64,000 nt of DNA from contig JBBRLX010000002.1 of NCBI GenBank assembly GCA_038231135.1, positions 128,001 through 192,000 of the forward strand, in the 5' to 3' direction. A program made the position numbers and the translations under genes. The DNA comes from Candidatus Eiseniibacteriota bacterium. Its GTDB lineage: Bacteria > Eisenbacteria > RBG-16-71-46. The number at the start of each line of letters is the position of its first letter. The stretch's first letter is position 1. Below the pieces are notes generated by a model, which was not told the origin of the DNA, did no database searches, and was given only the letters and a program-made list of their open reading frames with translations. Positions 27,524 to 38,052 of this stretch are shown here, in pieces.

Positions 27524-28693
27524 TCAGCGGCTGCGCACGCCCAGGAATTCGTGGATCGCGGCGAGCGCCGCCCGCAGGTTGTTTTGGCTGTTGGCGTAGG
27601 AGAACCGCAGGTAGCCTTCGCCGAACTCCCCGAACGCCGTGCCCGACAGGCACGCGACCCCCGCCTCCTCCAGCAAGAGCTTCGCCAGCTCGCTGCTGCT
27701 CATGCCGGTGCCGCGAATGTTCGGGAACGCGTAGAACGCGCCCTGCGGCCGGAAGCACGTCACGCCCGGCAGCCCGTTGAGCCCGGCGACGATCAGGTCA
27801 CGCCGTGCATGGAATTCACTCACCATCGCGTCGATTTCGGTCTGCGGGCCGGTGAGCGCCGCCAGGCCGGCCCGCTGGATGAACGACGCCGTGCAGGAGT
27901 TCGAATTGGTCATCAGGCGCGCCACGTGCACCGCCAGCTCGGGACTCATGATGCCGAAGCCGAGCCGCCAGCCGGTCATCGCGTAGGTCTTGGAGAACCC
28001 GTCGAGCACGATCGTGCGTTCGGCCATGCCGGGCAGCGACGCGATCGACAGATGCCGGCCCTCGTACTGAATGCGGGCGTAGATCTCGTCGGACAGGATG
28101 TGGAACGAGTGCCGGCGCGCCAGCGCCGCGATGCCTTCGACCGTCTCGGGTTTGAGCACGGCGCCGGTGGGATTGTGCGGCGAGTTCAGCACCAGGAGCC
28201 TGGTGCGATGCGTGATCTTCGATTCGAGTTCGGCCAGATCGAGGTCGAATTCGCGGTCCTCCCGGAGCGCGAGCGGCACCGGGCGCGCGTTGAGGAACCG
28301 GGCGACGGATTCGTAGATCGGGAATCCGGGATTCGGATACAGCACCTCGTCGCCCTCTTCGAGCAGCGCGAGCATGGCGAAGAACATGATCGGCTTGGCG
28401 CCGGGCGTGACGACCACGCTCTCGGGCCCGCACGGGATGCCGCGCTCCGCGCGCCACTGGTCGGCGATCACCTGGCGGAATTCCGGCAGTCCCGCCGACG
28501 GCCCGTAGTGCGTGAACCCCTGTTCGAGCGCCGCCGTCGCCGCGTCGCGGATGAACCTCGGCGTGTCGAAGTCCGGCTCGCCGATCTCGAGGTGAACGAC
28601 ATGCTTGCCGGCCGCCTCGAGCACCCGCGCCCGCGCCAGCACCTCGAACGCGGTCTCGGTGCCCAGCCGCCCCATCCGTTCTGCGAACGCCAT
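27524..28693 (-). CDS. PLP-dependent aminotransferase class I/II (aspartate aminotransferase-like)
   Basis: GEPDF, TPGAK, NSPHNPTG, SDEIY, GFSKTYAMTGWRLG, GAFY. Confidence 0.95.
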   Translation of the reverse strand: MAFAERMGRLGTETAFEVLARARVLEAAGKHVVHLEIGEPDFDTPRFIRDAATAALEQGFTHYGPSAGLPEFRQVIADQWRAERGIPCGPESVVVTPGAKPIMFFAMLALLEEGDEVLYPNPGFPIYESVARFLNARPVPLALREDREFDLDLAELESKITHRTRLLVLNSPHNPTGAVLKPETVEGIAALARRHSFHILSDEIYARIQYEGRHLSIASLPGMAERTIVLDGFSKTYAMTGWRLGFGIMSPELAVHVARLMTNSNSCTASFIQRAGLAALTGPQTEIDAMVSEFHARRDLIVAGLNGLPGVTCFRPQGAFYAFPNIRGTGMSSSELAKLLLEEAGVACLSGTAFGEFGEGYLRFSYANSQNNLRAALAAIHEFLGVRSR

Positions 28694-28717
28694 GCGATCC
28701 TCCGGCAGCGTAGTCCC

Positions 28718-30124
28718 TCAGGGCTCGCGCCTGAGGCGCGAGCGCCGTGTCCATTCGACGGTCCATTGCATTCGCGGGGCGCGCGGTGGAACGAACGTGC
28801 GATTGAGCGCCGCTTCGACCATGCCCCCCGCGAACGGGCCGCGCAACTCGACGCGCGCGCGCTCGCCATCCCCCGCGAGCGCCCGCAGCACCAGCCGGTC
28901 GGCTTCGAGCTCCGGCAGGTACACGTGTTCGCCGCTCACCGCGCGGAACGCCGCGTACGTGATCCGCACTCCGACACCCGCGGGCGACTCGACGCCGATC
29001 CGCGCCGTGCTGACCGCGCGGACCTCGCCACGCACCCAGCGCCGCTCGCCCCAGAATTCGTGTCGCCATGCCAGCGACACCGGTCCGGCGCCGCCGTGCC
29101 ACTCCGCCCATGCGCCCTGCCGAAACCGCGCTTCGGGCGCCGGCCGGCCCACCACGGCCGGATCGCGCCGCGTGCCGTGCTGCTGTTCGAAGCCCGCGAC
29201 GACGCCGGCATGGTGCGGTAAAGCCTGCTGCACTTCAAGCGTCGCACGCGCGCCCGGGACCCCCGGCGCGAACCGCCACCAGGCGCCGAGCAGGCCGAGC
29301 CGCGTGCCGTGCGCGAGCGGGACGTCGGCGCGCGCCGACACGGCGAGCGGCGGTCCGGCGCGGCGCGGATCCCCGGCGCCGCGATAGGCCTCGTGCCCGG
29401 CACGGACCCAGCCACCGAGCCGCGCCGAGCCGTCGCGGCGCTGCGCGAACGTCTCCGCGCGCCAGCGGCCGCGCCGGTCGCTCGCGAATTCCGCGCCGCC
29501 GCCCGAACCCCCGGACTCGCGGGACGCCCACACACTCGCGTTCGAGATGCCGCGCCGGTCGAACACCACGCCGCCGTTCGCGCCACGAGCGCCGGCGTCC
29601 AACCCCAGGGCCGGCTGCTTCCGGCCGGCGGTTCCGGCCCAGGCGCCGACATGCGACCCGCGGCCGGCGCGATACCACAACACGTCGCCGGCCGAGCGGC
29701 GCTGTGTGCCCCGCTCGCGCCAGCCCCACGGCTCGCGCGGATCGCCGAGCACGAGCCCGCGCCCCCACACCGGCATCGAGCGCCCCAGCCCGAACCGTCC
29801 GCCGGCGGCGGCGCCTTCGAGCGAGCTGCCGGCGAGGTCGTCCCCCGCGCCGTCGCGCACCGCGCCGCCGAGGCTGTCGCTGCGGAACAGCGCGCGGCGG
29901 CGCTGCGTCGAATGACGGCCATCGTTCGCGACGACGCCGAGGCCGACTTCGATGTCGCCGTCGCCGATCGAGTCGGGTCGTTCCACGTCGTAGTCGGCGT
30001 CCTCGGGGGCATCGGCGGGCGGCTCCGCGGGATCGCCGCGGACGCCTTGAACCCGCGACCCGATCAAGGCCAGCGCGAGCCCCAGGGCGGCAGCGGCGGC
30101 GCGCGCGGAGTGCCCGCGGTTCAC
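28718..30124 (-). CDS. Hypothetical secreted protein, probable outer-membrane beta-barrel
   Basis: Signal-like N-terminus, amphipathic beta pattern, WGRGLVL and VYLPE.E motifs; start overlaps upstream stop (GTGA). Confidence 0.55.
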   Translation of the reverse strand: MNRGHSARAAAAALGLALALIGSRVQGVRGDPAEPPADAPEDADYDVERPDSIGDGDIEVGLGVVANDGRHSTQRRRALFRSDSLGGAVRDGAGDDLAGSSLEGAAAGGRFGLGRSMPVWGRGLVLGDPREPWGWRERGTQRRSAGDVLWYRAGRGSHVGAWAGTAGRKQPALGLDAGARGANGGVVFDRRGISNASVWASRESGGSGGGAEFASDRRGRWRAETFAQRRDGSARLGGWVRAGHEAYRGAGDPRRAGPPLAVSARADVPLAHGTRLGLLGAWWRFAPGVPGARATLEVQQALPHHAGVVAGFEQQHGTRRDPAVVGRPAPEARFRQGAWAEWHGGAGPVSLAWRHEFWGERRWVRGEVRAVSTARIGVESPAGVGVRITYAAFRAVSGEHVYLPELEADRLVLRALAGDGERARVELRGPFAGGMVEAALNRTFVPPRAPRMQWTVEWTRRSRLRREP

Positions 30125-30999
30125 GGTGCGCTCCCGAGCGCGCACTCGAACCGCACGCTCTGGGGCAGCACGGGATGCGCGTCGACCCGGACGCCGACGG
30201 CGAACGGTCCCGCGCGCGCCGCCACTCCCAGGCCCGCGCGCAACGGAGCGTCGCGTGCCTCGACCCATGCGCTGGCGTCCACGCCCCCGAACGCAATGCC
30301 GGCGCGGTGCGTGTCGGACCCGCCGGGCGCCGCCGCCAGCTCGCGCGCGAGCCAGGCACGGACCCGCGACCCGCGCCACGCCACGCCGCACTCGAGCCCG
30401 CGTGCGAGCGGCGGCGCCGCTCCCCGGGTGACGAGCTGCGGATGCGCCACCCACAGCAGGACAACCCGGCCGGGCGCGATCCATGCGCCGGCGCCGAGCT
30501 CGCCGCCGGCATTGACGCCCGCCGATGTGCCGCCGCCTAAATCGGTCGCGATCGTGCCGGGCGGCGCATCGGGCGGTGCGCCGGACTCCGCTGCGATCGC
30601 CGCGTCGGAACGCCGGTCCCGGCGCGCCGCCACGCGCAGCGCGTAGCCTGCCCCCGGCGTCGCCCCGCCGATCGCGAACGCCACGGTGCTCCAGCCGATC
30701 GCGGGATCGCCGGAGCGCGCGAGGCCCGCGGCCCCGCGGAGCGACCTCCAGCCCAGGCCGGCCGCGACCGCGGCCGCGTCGAGCGCCGCGAGGCCGAACG
30801 GCCGGCCACCCAGGATCACGAGTTCCGGCGCCCGGCGTTCGGGGGCCAGCGCCTGGTCCAGCATCGACGCGGCGCCCATGACGAGCGGCTCGGGTGCGGC
30901 GGGCGCGAACTCCTGCGCCCGCGACCGCGTGGCGCCCAGCGTCAGGATCGCAAGGGCGACCACCACGCCCACGCGCGCCCGATGCTTCGCGACCTTCAT
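30121..30999 (-). CDS. Hypothetical secreted protein, probable outer-membrane beta-barrel
   Basis: Signal peptide; RPFGLAAL near the N-terminus, HPVL near the C-terminus; amphipathic strands. Confidence 0.55.
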   Translation of the reverse strand: MKVAKHRARVGVVVALAILTLGATRSRAQEFAPAAPEPLVMGAASMLDQALAPERRAPELVILGGRPFGLAALDAAAVAAGLGWRSLRGAAGLARSGDPAIGWSTVAFAIGGATPGAGYALRVAARRDRRSDAAIAAESGAPPDAPPGTIATDLGGGTSAGVNAGGELGAGAWIAPGRVVLLWVAHPQLVTRGAAPPLARGLECGVAWRGSRVRAWLARELAAAPGGSDTHRAGIAFGGVDASAWVEARDAPLRAGLGVAARAGPFAVGVRVDAHPVLPQSVRFECALGSAP

Positions 31000-31013
31000 C
31001 CTCGCACGGGCCC

Positions 31014-32681
31014 TCACGGCGCTACTCCGGTCACGCGCACCGCCTCCGACGCGCCCAGCGACTGTCCCGTCGCCGCATGCGCGTCCAATGCGAGCACGTA
31101 CACCCCCGGCCCGAGCGCGGGATGCCAGCGGTATTGCCCGCGCGCCGGCGTCGCCTCCGGCGGAACGATCACCGCCACGCGGCGGCCCGCGAAGTCGTAC
31201 GCGATCACCTCGAGGGCAGCGGCGGCCCACGGCAGCGACCACTCCAGTGTCGTCGCCGCGGCGGCGCCGGCCCGCCATCGCCGCGGCGCGGCCCGGAACG
31301 TCCGTGCGAGCGGCGGCAGCACGTGGGGCGCGGCGAGCGGCGTGCCCATGGGATCGGAGTCCGGTCCCCAGCGGCCGTCCGCGGCCCGCTCGACCGGCAC
31401 CCCGTCCGGGATCCCCGTGGCGGAGTAGGGAACGGCCGCGCACGGCGTGCCGTCGCGCTCCCGGATCGTGACCACGTCCGCGATGCCGTTCGCGTCGTTC
31501 GCGTTGTTGAGCGCCGCCCACGGCGACACCGCGAATACCCGCGTGGAATCGGCGCCGGGGAACGCCGCCCGCCAGTGGACACGATCCTGAGCCACGACGG
31601 CATAGCCGCCGGGCGCGATCGGGGCCGCACCGCCGTGGATCGCGCCCTTGGCGCCGGCGCGGTCGCCGTACAGGAACGCCGCGGGATCGACGGGCTCGGA
31701 CGTGCCGTTGCGCACCTCGACCCACTCACCTTCGCCGTGCGCGGGATGGAACTGGATCTCGGTGACCTCGAGCGGCCCCGCGCCGATGCGGACACGCAGC
31801 GAGTCCCGGTCGTCGGTGGAATCCTCGTCGCCGATCGCCGTCACGCGCGCGATCAACTCGCCGGCGCCGGCGGCGGGCGCCGGGAGCACGAGATCGATCA
31901 CCAGCGTGTCTCCCCTCGCGAGCCGCGCGTCGATGTCGCGATCGAGCAGCGGCACGCCCTGGAACCCGAGCTGCACGCTCACGTCGCCGGGCGGGAACCC
32001 GAGCGCGCCGCGCGACACGAGCCGCGCGCGCACGCGCATCGCGGCACCGGGCTCCGGCTGCCCGGGCTCGATCGACAGCGAGCCCGCGATGACGGCGGCA
32101 TCCCGGTCAGGCTGGTTCGCGCGCCCCGGCGACGGCGTCGCCGGGCGGAAGTCGGTGGCGTTCGAGCCGGTGCGCGCGGCGTCGGGGATGCGCGCGAGCG
32201 ACAACCCCGACGCCGCGTCGTCCGCGGCCGTGCCGCAGGCGTATTCGGAGAACTCCTGAACTCCGTAGCCCACGACCTCGCTCACGCCGTCGGCCCACAC
32301 CAGTCGCACCGCGTCGGGCCCGTTCTGCAGGTCGAGCGTGGCGATCACCGCCGGCGCCGGCTGCACGCGCGCGCCACCCACGACGAACCGCATGCCGGGC
32401 GCGATCGTGTCGCGCGCGGCGCCGGTCCAGCGCACGCTCCAGCGGCCGGGCGCCGAGCCGTCGCCGGCCTCGAGGCGCACGCCGGCGAGCGCGACCGGTG
32501 CGGCGCCCGCATTGAACAGCTCGACGAACTCGAGCCCCGAGTCGTCGCCGACGGCGTCGTAGAACACTTCAGAGATCAGCGGCCGGTCGGCCGCGCCACA
32601 CTGGGCGAACACCGGCGCCGCGCCGGCGAGGCTGGAGGACAGCAACAGCGCCGCGGCCCGACACGTCGAGTCGAGTGACAT
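31014..32681 (-). CDS. Secreted protein with two lamin-tail domains, an Ig/CARDB-like linker and a CTD-like C-terminus
   Basis: ISEVFYD..EFVELFN; VTEIQFHP..EWVEVRN; PSPGRAN; C-terminal YDFAGRRVA...LGPGVYVL. Confidence 0.8.
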   Translation of the reverse strand: MSLDSTCRAAALLLSSSLAGAAPVFAQCGAADRPLISEVFYDAVGDDSGLEFVELFNAGAAPVALAGVRLEAGDGSAPGRWSVRWTGAARDTIAPGMRFVVGGARVQPAPAVIATLDLQNGPDAVRLVWADGVSEVVGYGVQEFSEYACGTAADDAASGLSLARIPDAARTGSNATDFRPATPSPGRANQPDRDAAVIAGSLSIEPGQPEPGAAMRVRARLVSRGALGFPPGDVSVQLGFQGVPLLDRDIDARLARGDTLVIDLVLPAPAAGAGELIARVTAIGDEDSTDDRDSLRVRIGAGPLEVTEIQFHPAHGEGEWVEVRNGTSEPVDPAAFLYGDRAGAKGAIHGGAAPIAPGGYAVVAQDRVHWRAAFPGADSTRVFAVSPWAALNNANDANGIADVVTIRERDGTPCAAVPYSATGIPDGVPVERAADGRWGPDSDPMGTPLAAPHVLPPLARTFRAAPRRWRAGAAAATTLEWSLPWAAAALEVIAYDFAGRRVAVIVPPEATPARGQYRWHPALGPGVYVLALDAHAATGQSLGASEAVRVTGVAP

Positions 32682-32713
32682 CCCACTCCACCAGGGGGCG
32701 GAGTTTTCAGGCT

Positions 32714-34888
32714 TTAAGGCAGGCCGCGGCGCCTACGCCAGGCCCATTCCAGACTGAGCGCCCCGACTACCACGGCAAACACCCACGGCGATTCCCACAG
32801 CCGCAGCGATTCGGTGCTTGCCCGCCCGAGGCCGCGGGTCTCGAGCGTGCGCGCCCAGCCCGGCAGCCCGCGCGCGCGCGCCACCCGGCCACCCGACGCC
32901 CGCGCCAGCGACGCGAGCGACGCGCTGTCGGGCTGCGTGCGCGCGTCCTCGAGGCTCCAGCGGTCGACCGCGAGCTGGCTGGTGGCGCGGGCGAGTTCGC
33001 CGCCGCCGCGGCTCGCGCGCGCGGTCACCCGGTAGCGGCCCGGCGCGAGCGCATCCACGGCCGCCACGTAGCTGCCGGCGGTGCCGGGCACGAACGCGAT
33101 CGCGCGCGCATGCCCCGACGCGTCGATCAGCTCGCCCTCCAGCGTGGCGCCGGCGACCGGCCGGAACGCGGCGTCCTGCAGCGTCGCGAACACGCGGACC
33201 GTCTCGCCCTGCGGCGTGAGCCAGTGTTCGGGGCGCACTCGCAACGGCTCGCCCTGCACCGGCTCGGCGAGCGTGTGCACAAGGCTGCGCCACAGCCGCC
33301 GGCCGCGCTCGGCGGACAGCTCGTCGGTGCCCGACAGCGACCAGCGCCATACGCCGGAGCCGTTCACGAGCAGCAGCTGCCCGCGGCCGATGCGGCGCAC
33401 GAACAGCAGCGGCGGCCCCTGCCCCACGCTACGCACCAGCACGCGGTCGCCCGCGCCCGCGGCGATCGGCGCCACGTCGTCGAGCGGCGCCGCCGCCTGC
33501 CACGCGCGTTCGCCGCGCGCCGGGTCGTCGTCCCATTGCAGCACGTCACGCGCCTCGGGCGCCGGCTCGGGCGCACCCGCGCGCACCGCACCCGCGGGCC
33601 CGGGCGCCAGCGCGAGATCGCCGGTGAACGCGCCGCCCTGGTAGCGCAGCACGCCGGGCGCCGGGCCGCCGAACGCCAGCACCGCGCCGCCGTTCGCGAC
33701 GAACCCGCGCAGCGCGGCATCGAAGCCGGGCGCCACGTCGCGCGGCGCGATCGCGTCGAGCACGACGACCGCCATGCCCCCCAGCACACCCGCCGACGGC
33801 GTGCCCGCGCGCGCGTGGTCGGGTGCCGTCCAGCCGCCCGGCGACCGCACCCAGGCGGTGACGGCGAGGCTCGAGTCCGCGGCGAGCGCCCGGCGCAGGA
33901 ACGCGAAGTCCCAGTTGAGTCCGCCCGAGATCATCACCACGCCGAGCTTCGCCGGGGCGACCTCGACCGCCACCTGTCGTTCGTTGTTGCCAGCCGTGAT
34001 CTCCCCCGCGAGCGAGTCGACGTGCGCCGTCCATAGCGCGAGCCCCGGGGCGGCCGGCGTGACGCGGAATTCCGCGATCGCCTCGGCGCCCGAGCCCGGC
34101 GACGTGACGGTCGCGCGGCCGAGCTCGCGATTCCCGTCGCGAAGTTGCACGCCGAATGCCACGCCACGCGGCTCGGTGGTGGTGACCCGCACCCGCACCG
34201 GCGTCTCACGGCCGACCTCCGCGGTCGCGGACGCGTCGATGCCGGTGATCGAGCGGTCGGAATCCTGCTCGCCGCCCACGAGCACGCCGTGCACCGGCAG
34301 CCCCAGCGAGCGCGCCGCCGCCGCCGGATCGGAACCGGCGTTCACGACGCCGTCGCTGACGACGACGACCGCGCTCGCGCGCTCGGCCGCCGGCGAGCGA
34401 CCGAGTTCGTCGAGCGCATCCCCCAGCGCCGTCGCGCCGCGGCCGAGCGAATCACCGCCCGGGGCCCCGGGCGCGGCCGTGCCGCGTGGCGCCGCCGTCG
34501 GCTCGAGGTTGCCGAGTCGGCCCGCGAACGGCACCACCCGCACCGGGCCGTGCCACGCGCGCGACAGCTCCGCCGCCGCCGCCGCGGCGACCTGCGAACG
34601 GGGCGCGCCGCCGGCGGCCACCGGCAGGTCCATGCTGCGCGAGCGGTCGAGCAACACGAACAGCGTGCCCCCGCCGCCGTGCGCGCGCTCCAGCACCGGC
34701 TGGGCGAGCAGCCACAGCAGGACGCCCAGCGCGATCACCCGCAGCACGGGCAGTGCGCGCTTCGCGAGCGCCGGCAGCGGCGGCACCGCGAACCGGTAGG
34801 TCCAGACCCCGATCGCGACCAGCACCGCCGTCGCGAGCACGAACGGAATCCAGGGAATGTTGGGCGCGAGATGAATCGAGAGGTTCAA
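32714..34888 (-). CDS. Membrane-anchored VWA plus GATase-like domain protein
   Basis: Two N-terminal TM helices, LDRSRSM (MIDAS), VSDG, FVANGG, GRGQ, C-terminal TM ending EWAWRRRRGLP. Confidence 0.8.
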   Translation of the reverse strand: MNLSIHLAPNIPWIPFVLATAVLVAIGVWTYRFAVPPLPALAKRALPVLRVIALGVLLWLLAQPVLERAHGGGGTLFVLLDRSRSMDLPVAAGGAPRSQVAAAAAAELSRAWHGPVRVVPFAGRLGNLEPTAAPRGTAAPGAPGGDSLGRGATALGDALDELGRSPAAERASAVVVVSDGVVNAGSDPAAAARSLGLPVHGVLVGGEQDSDRSITGIDASATAEVGRETPVRVRVTTTEPRGVAFGVQLRDGNRELGRATVTSPGSGAEAIAEFRVTPAAPGLALWTAHVDSLAGEITAGNNERQVAVEVAPAKLGVVMISGGLNWDFAFLRRALAADSSLAVTAWVRSPGGWTAPDHARAGTPSAGVLGGMAVVVLDAIAPRDVAPGFDAALRGFVANGGAVLAFGGPAPGVLRYQGGAFTGDLALAPGPAGAVRAGAPEPAPEARDVLQWDDDPARGERAWQAAAPLDDVAPIAAGAGDRVLVRSVGQGPPLLFVRRIGRGQLLLVNGSGVWRWSLSGTDELSAERGRRLWRSLVHTLAEPVQGEPLRVRPEHWLTPQGETVRVFATLQDAAFRPVAGATLEGELIDASGHARAIAFVPGTAGSYVAAVDALAPGRYRVTARASRGGGELARATSQLAVDRWSLEDARTQPDSASLASLARASGGRVARARGLPGWARTLETRGLGRASTESLRLWESPWVFAVVVGALSLEWAWRRRRGLP

Positions 34889-34999
34889 CGGGGCTCGCTC
34901 GGTGGTTCAGGGCGGGGGACGATCGCGACTCGGGATGCCGGCCACGCGGCAGCGTCCGCGCACCGCCGCGACGCGAGCGTCGTGCCCCGGAACACTACG

Positions 35000-35914
35000 C
35001 TACCGGGCACCCCAACGCACGTCACCCACGACGCTGCCCGGCGCCTGCGCCTGACCGGTCATCACCTTGACGTTGTACCAGCCGAGCGCCACCACATGGG
35101 CCACGGTGGAGCCGATCAGCACTCCGATCGCGATCCGCGTGAGCGGGATCAGCGGCCCCGCCAGTGGAGTCGAACGCACGTGCAACAGCACCAGAAATCC
35201 GACCAGCGCGGACAACAGCACCCCGCTGAAGCGTCCGAACGACGTGGGGCGGATCTTGACCGGGCCGACGAACAGGTAGAGCCAGATGCCGCCCGCGATC
35301 AGCACGCCGTAGCGCAGCGCGGCCAGCGCGAACACCCACCACGGCAACAGGCCCGCCATCACCAGCCCCGCGAACATCGCGAAATTGAACACGATGTCGA
35401 CCAGCGGATCGAGCACCGTGCCCATGCGCGTGACCTGGTTCCAGCGGCGCGCGATCCAGCCGTCGGCGATGTCGGTGACCGCGGCGATCACGAACGCGGC
35501 GAGCGCCAGCGCGAAGTGCCCGCGGCGCAGGAACAGCAGGATCCCCGGCACCAGCGACACCCGGAGCAGCGTGAACACCAGCGCCGCGTTGATCGCCGAC
35601 AGCGGATAGCCGTCGCGGTCGCGCAGTCCGTCCACATAGCAGGTGACGAACGTGAACGACACGAGCACCCACAGTGCCGTATTCAGGAAGAACGCGTAGG
35701 CCAGCGAGCGGTCGTACACCACCGCCATCGCCGACGACACGAGGAACGCGGCGGTGAAGAATCCCAGCGCGACGCTCCAGATCGAACGCACGGCGCCCGG
35801 GTTCGCGATGATGTGGTCGCGGGTGCGCCCGGCGGTGCGGCGCAGGTAGCGAATCAGCGCCAGCGGCGTGAATCGCTCGCGTCTCAGCTCTTCGAGGTAC
35901 TCCTCGACGAACAT
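35000..35914 (-). CDS. CDP-alcohol phosphatidyltransferase family protein
   Basis: TDIADGWIARRWNQVTRMGTVLDPLVD signature. Confidence 0.9.
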   Translation of the reverse strand: MFVEEYLEELRRERFTPLALIRYLRRTAGRTRDHIIANPGAVRSIWSVALGFFTAAFLVSSAMAVVYDRSLAYAFFLNTALWVLVSFTFVTCYVDGLRDRDGYPLSAINAALVFTLLRVSLVPGILLFLRRGHFALALAAFVIAAVTDIADGWIARRWNQVTRMGTVLDPLVDIVFNFAMFAGLVMAGLLPWWVFALAALRYGVLIAGGIWLYLFVGPVKIRPTSFGRFSGVLLSALVGFLVLLHVRSTPLAGPLIPLTRIAIGVLIGSTVAHVVALGWYNVKVMTGQAQAPGSVVGDVRWGAR

Positions 35915-36093
35915 GGCGGCCTCCGGGACGGGCGCGGTCGCGGCCGCGCGGGCGGAGCATCCTTAAGGATTCGAGGCTCCAGCGGACGAGGATAGATGGG
36001 GGTGCGAGGGGGGCGCAACTGGTGGCCCGGCCGCATGGCGGTTTATGGTCGGACGACGCTTCGCCCCGCCGCCGTCCGCCCACAGGATCCAGC

Positions 36094-38052
36094 ATGCAAC
36101 CCATGGTCTCCCAGCCTCCCGAACGACAGCCCTGGAGCGTCACCTGCTACCGGTGGCTGGCCGGGGCGCTGGTGATCTCGACGGTGGCGCTGCACGTCGC
36201 GGCGATGGGCTCGCTGGGGGACACGCTGTGGGGCGTGCACATGTATCGATTCTTCCCCCCGGCGTTCCTGTGGGTCTCATGCCTGGCCCTGTGCGGCGTG
36301 GTGCTGGGAGTCGTGCGTTCGGGACGCTCCGCCGCCATCGAACCATCGCGCGCGTCCGGAGGCAGCGAGCCCGGGTTTCCGTGGGTCTGGGTGTCGATCG
36401 CGTCGGCGGTGTTCTTCGTGCTGTGCTGGGTGTTTCGCGAAGGCCACACGCTGCTGGGCGACGGCAATCCGCTCACGTCGAACCTCGCTCACGGCCAGCA
36501 GTTCCACGAGCGTGAACCGCTCACGCTGGTGGTGCACCACGCGTTCTATCTGCTGGCGCGTCCGCTGTTCCACGGCGCCGCCGGCGACCCCGCGGAAATG
36601 GCCCGCGACACCGTGGCGCTCAGCAGCGCGATCGCGGGGGCGCTGTTCGTGCCCGTCCTGTGGGGAATCGCGCGCGAGCTGGTCAGGGGTTCAGCCCTCG
36701 CCGGCGAGCTGCTCCCGGACCCCAGGGCGCGTGCGCTCGAATTCCTGGTGTTCTTCGTGCTGCTCGCGCAGGGCACCGTGCAGTTGTTCTTCGGCTACGT
36801 CGAGAACTACACGCTGTACACGTGGGCGATCGCGGCGTATGCGCTCGCGAGCCTCCGGTTCCTGAACGGCCGGGGCCGGCTGTGGGTGCCGGGCGCGCTG
36901 CTGACGCTGGCCATCGCGCTCCACCTCGCGGCCGCGGGGCTGCTGCCGTCGTTCGCACTCCTGGCGGCCGCATCGCTGTGGCATCCGGGCAGGCGGAAGA
37001 CGACCCTCGTCGATCTCGGCATCACGGCCGTGGTGTTTGCCGGTGTCTCCCTGAGCCTGGCGTGGATCAGCCCGTGGTTTCACCTCGAGCAGATGATCGC
37101 GAGCCTCGTCGACGCGTTCAATTCGAAGAGCGGGAGCGGCTTCGCGCGCCCGACGCCACTGGACTTCCTGAACCAGCAGACGCTCATCGGCCCGCTGGGC
37201 GTGTTTCTGTTCGTGCCGGCGCTGGGAATTGCCGCGGCCGGCCGGGGGTTCCGCGGCGCGCGCGAATGGTTCGTCGCCGCGATGGGCATGGGGTATCTCG
37301 CGGAATCGCTCGTCGCAGGGGACTCGAACCTCGGCGTCGCCCGCAACTGGGACCTGCTGGCGCCGGCGGGACTGATGTTCACGCTGAGCGGCGTGGCGCT
37401 CGCCCTGAATGCCCCGTGGACCGTCGCCGCGCTCAAGCGCTGGCTGATTCTGCTGGTCCTTGTCTCGCTGTTCCACACGGTGCCGTGGATCGCCCTCAAC
37501 GCTTCGTTCGATCGCTCGTTCGAGCGGTTCAAGACGCTGCCGCTGGGCCGCGGGCGAACCGAGGCGACGGTCGGGGACTGGTATCTGTCGAAGAGCCGCT
37601 ACGACGAGGCCGGCGCCTGGTTCCGACGGTCGCTGACCGAGAACCCCGACAACAACGTGGCGGCGTTCGGCCTTGGCGTGGTCGCGATGCACCAGCACGA
37701 GTATGCGCTGGCCGGCGCGGCGTTCTGGTCGGCGCACAAGGTGCGTCCGACGATTCGCGCCTACCGGATCGGGCTGGTGGACGCCATGCTGCGGGGCAAT
37801 CACCCGGATTGGGCCCAGGCGCAGCTCGATACCCTGCTGCTGGACGACCCGCGCGCCGCCGGGTTCTGGGCGGTGTCGTCGATCGCCTGGCTGGGCATGG
37901 GCGACCGCGACCGCTCCCGCGCCGCCCTGGCGACGGCCGACCAACTCGCCCCCGGCGACACCACGCTGGCCACGCTGCGGGACCATCTCGCGCGGCCGGA
38001 TGGCTATGTGATCGCGATGCGGACCGACCTGTCCGTGATCCTGTCGTATTGA
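36094..38052 (+). CDS. Polytopic membrane protein with C-terminal TPRs (possible GT-C glycosyltransferase)
   Basis: Many TM helices, LLGDG and FFGYVENY loop motifs, TPR-like helices; AGGA RBS. Confidence 0.7.
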   Translation: MQPMVSQPPERQPWSVTCYRWLAGALVISTVALHVAAMGSLGDTLWGVHMYRFFPPAFLWVSCLALCGVVLGVVRSGRSAAIEPSRASGGSEPGFPWVWVSIASAVFFVLCWVFREGHTLLGDGNPLTSNLAHGQQFHEREPLTLVVHHAFYLLARPLFHGAAGDPAEMARDTVALSSAIAGALFVPVLWGIARELVRGSALAGELLPDPRARALEFLVFFVLLAQGTVQLFFGYVENYTLYTWAIAAYALASLRFLNGRGRLWVPGALLTLAIALHLAAAGLLPSFALLAAASLWHPGRRKTTLVDLGITAVVFAGVSLSLAWISPWFHLEQMIASLVDAFNSKSGSGFARPTPLDFLNQQTLIGPLGVFLFVPALGIAAAGRGFRGAREWFVAAMGMGYLAESLVAGDSNLGVARNWDLLAPAGLMFTLSGVALALNAPWTVAALKRWLILLVLVSLFHTVPWIALNASFDRSFERFKTLPLGRGRTEATVGDWYLSKSRYDEAGAWFRRSLTENPDNNVAAFGLGVVAMHQHEYALAGAAFWSAHKVRPTIRAYRIGLVDAMLRGNHPDWAQAQLDTLLLDDPRAAGFWAVSSIAWLGMGDRDRSRAALATADQLAPGDTTLATLRDHLARPDGYVIAMRTDLSVILSY

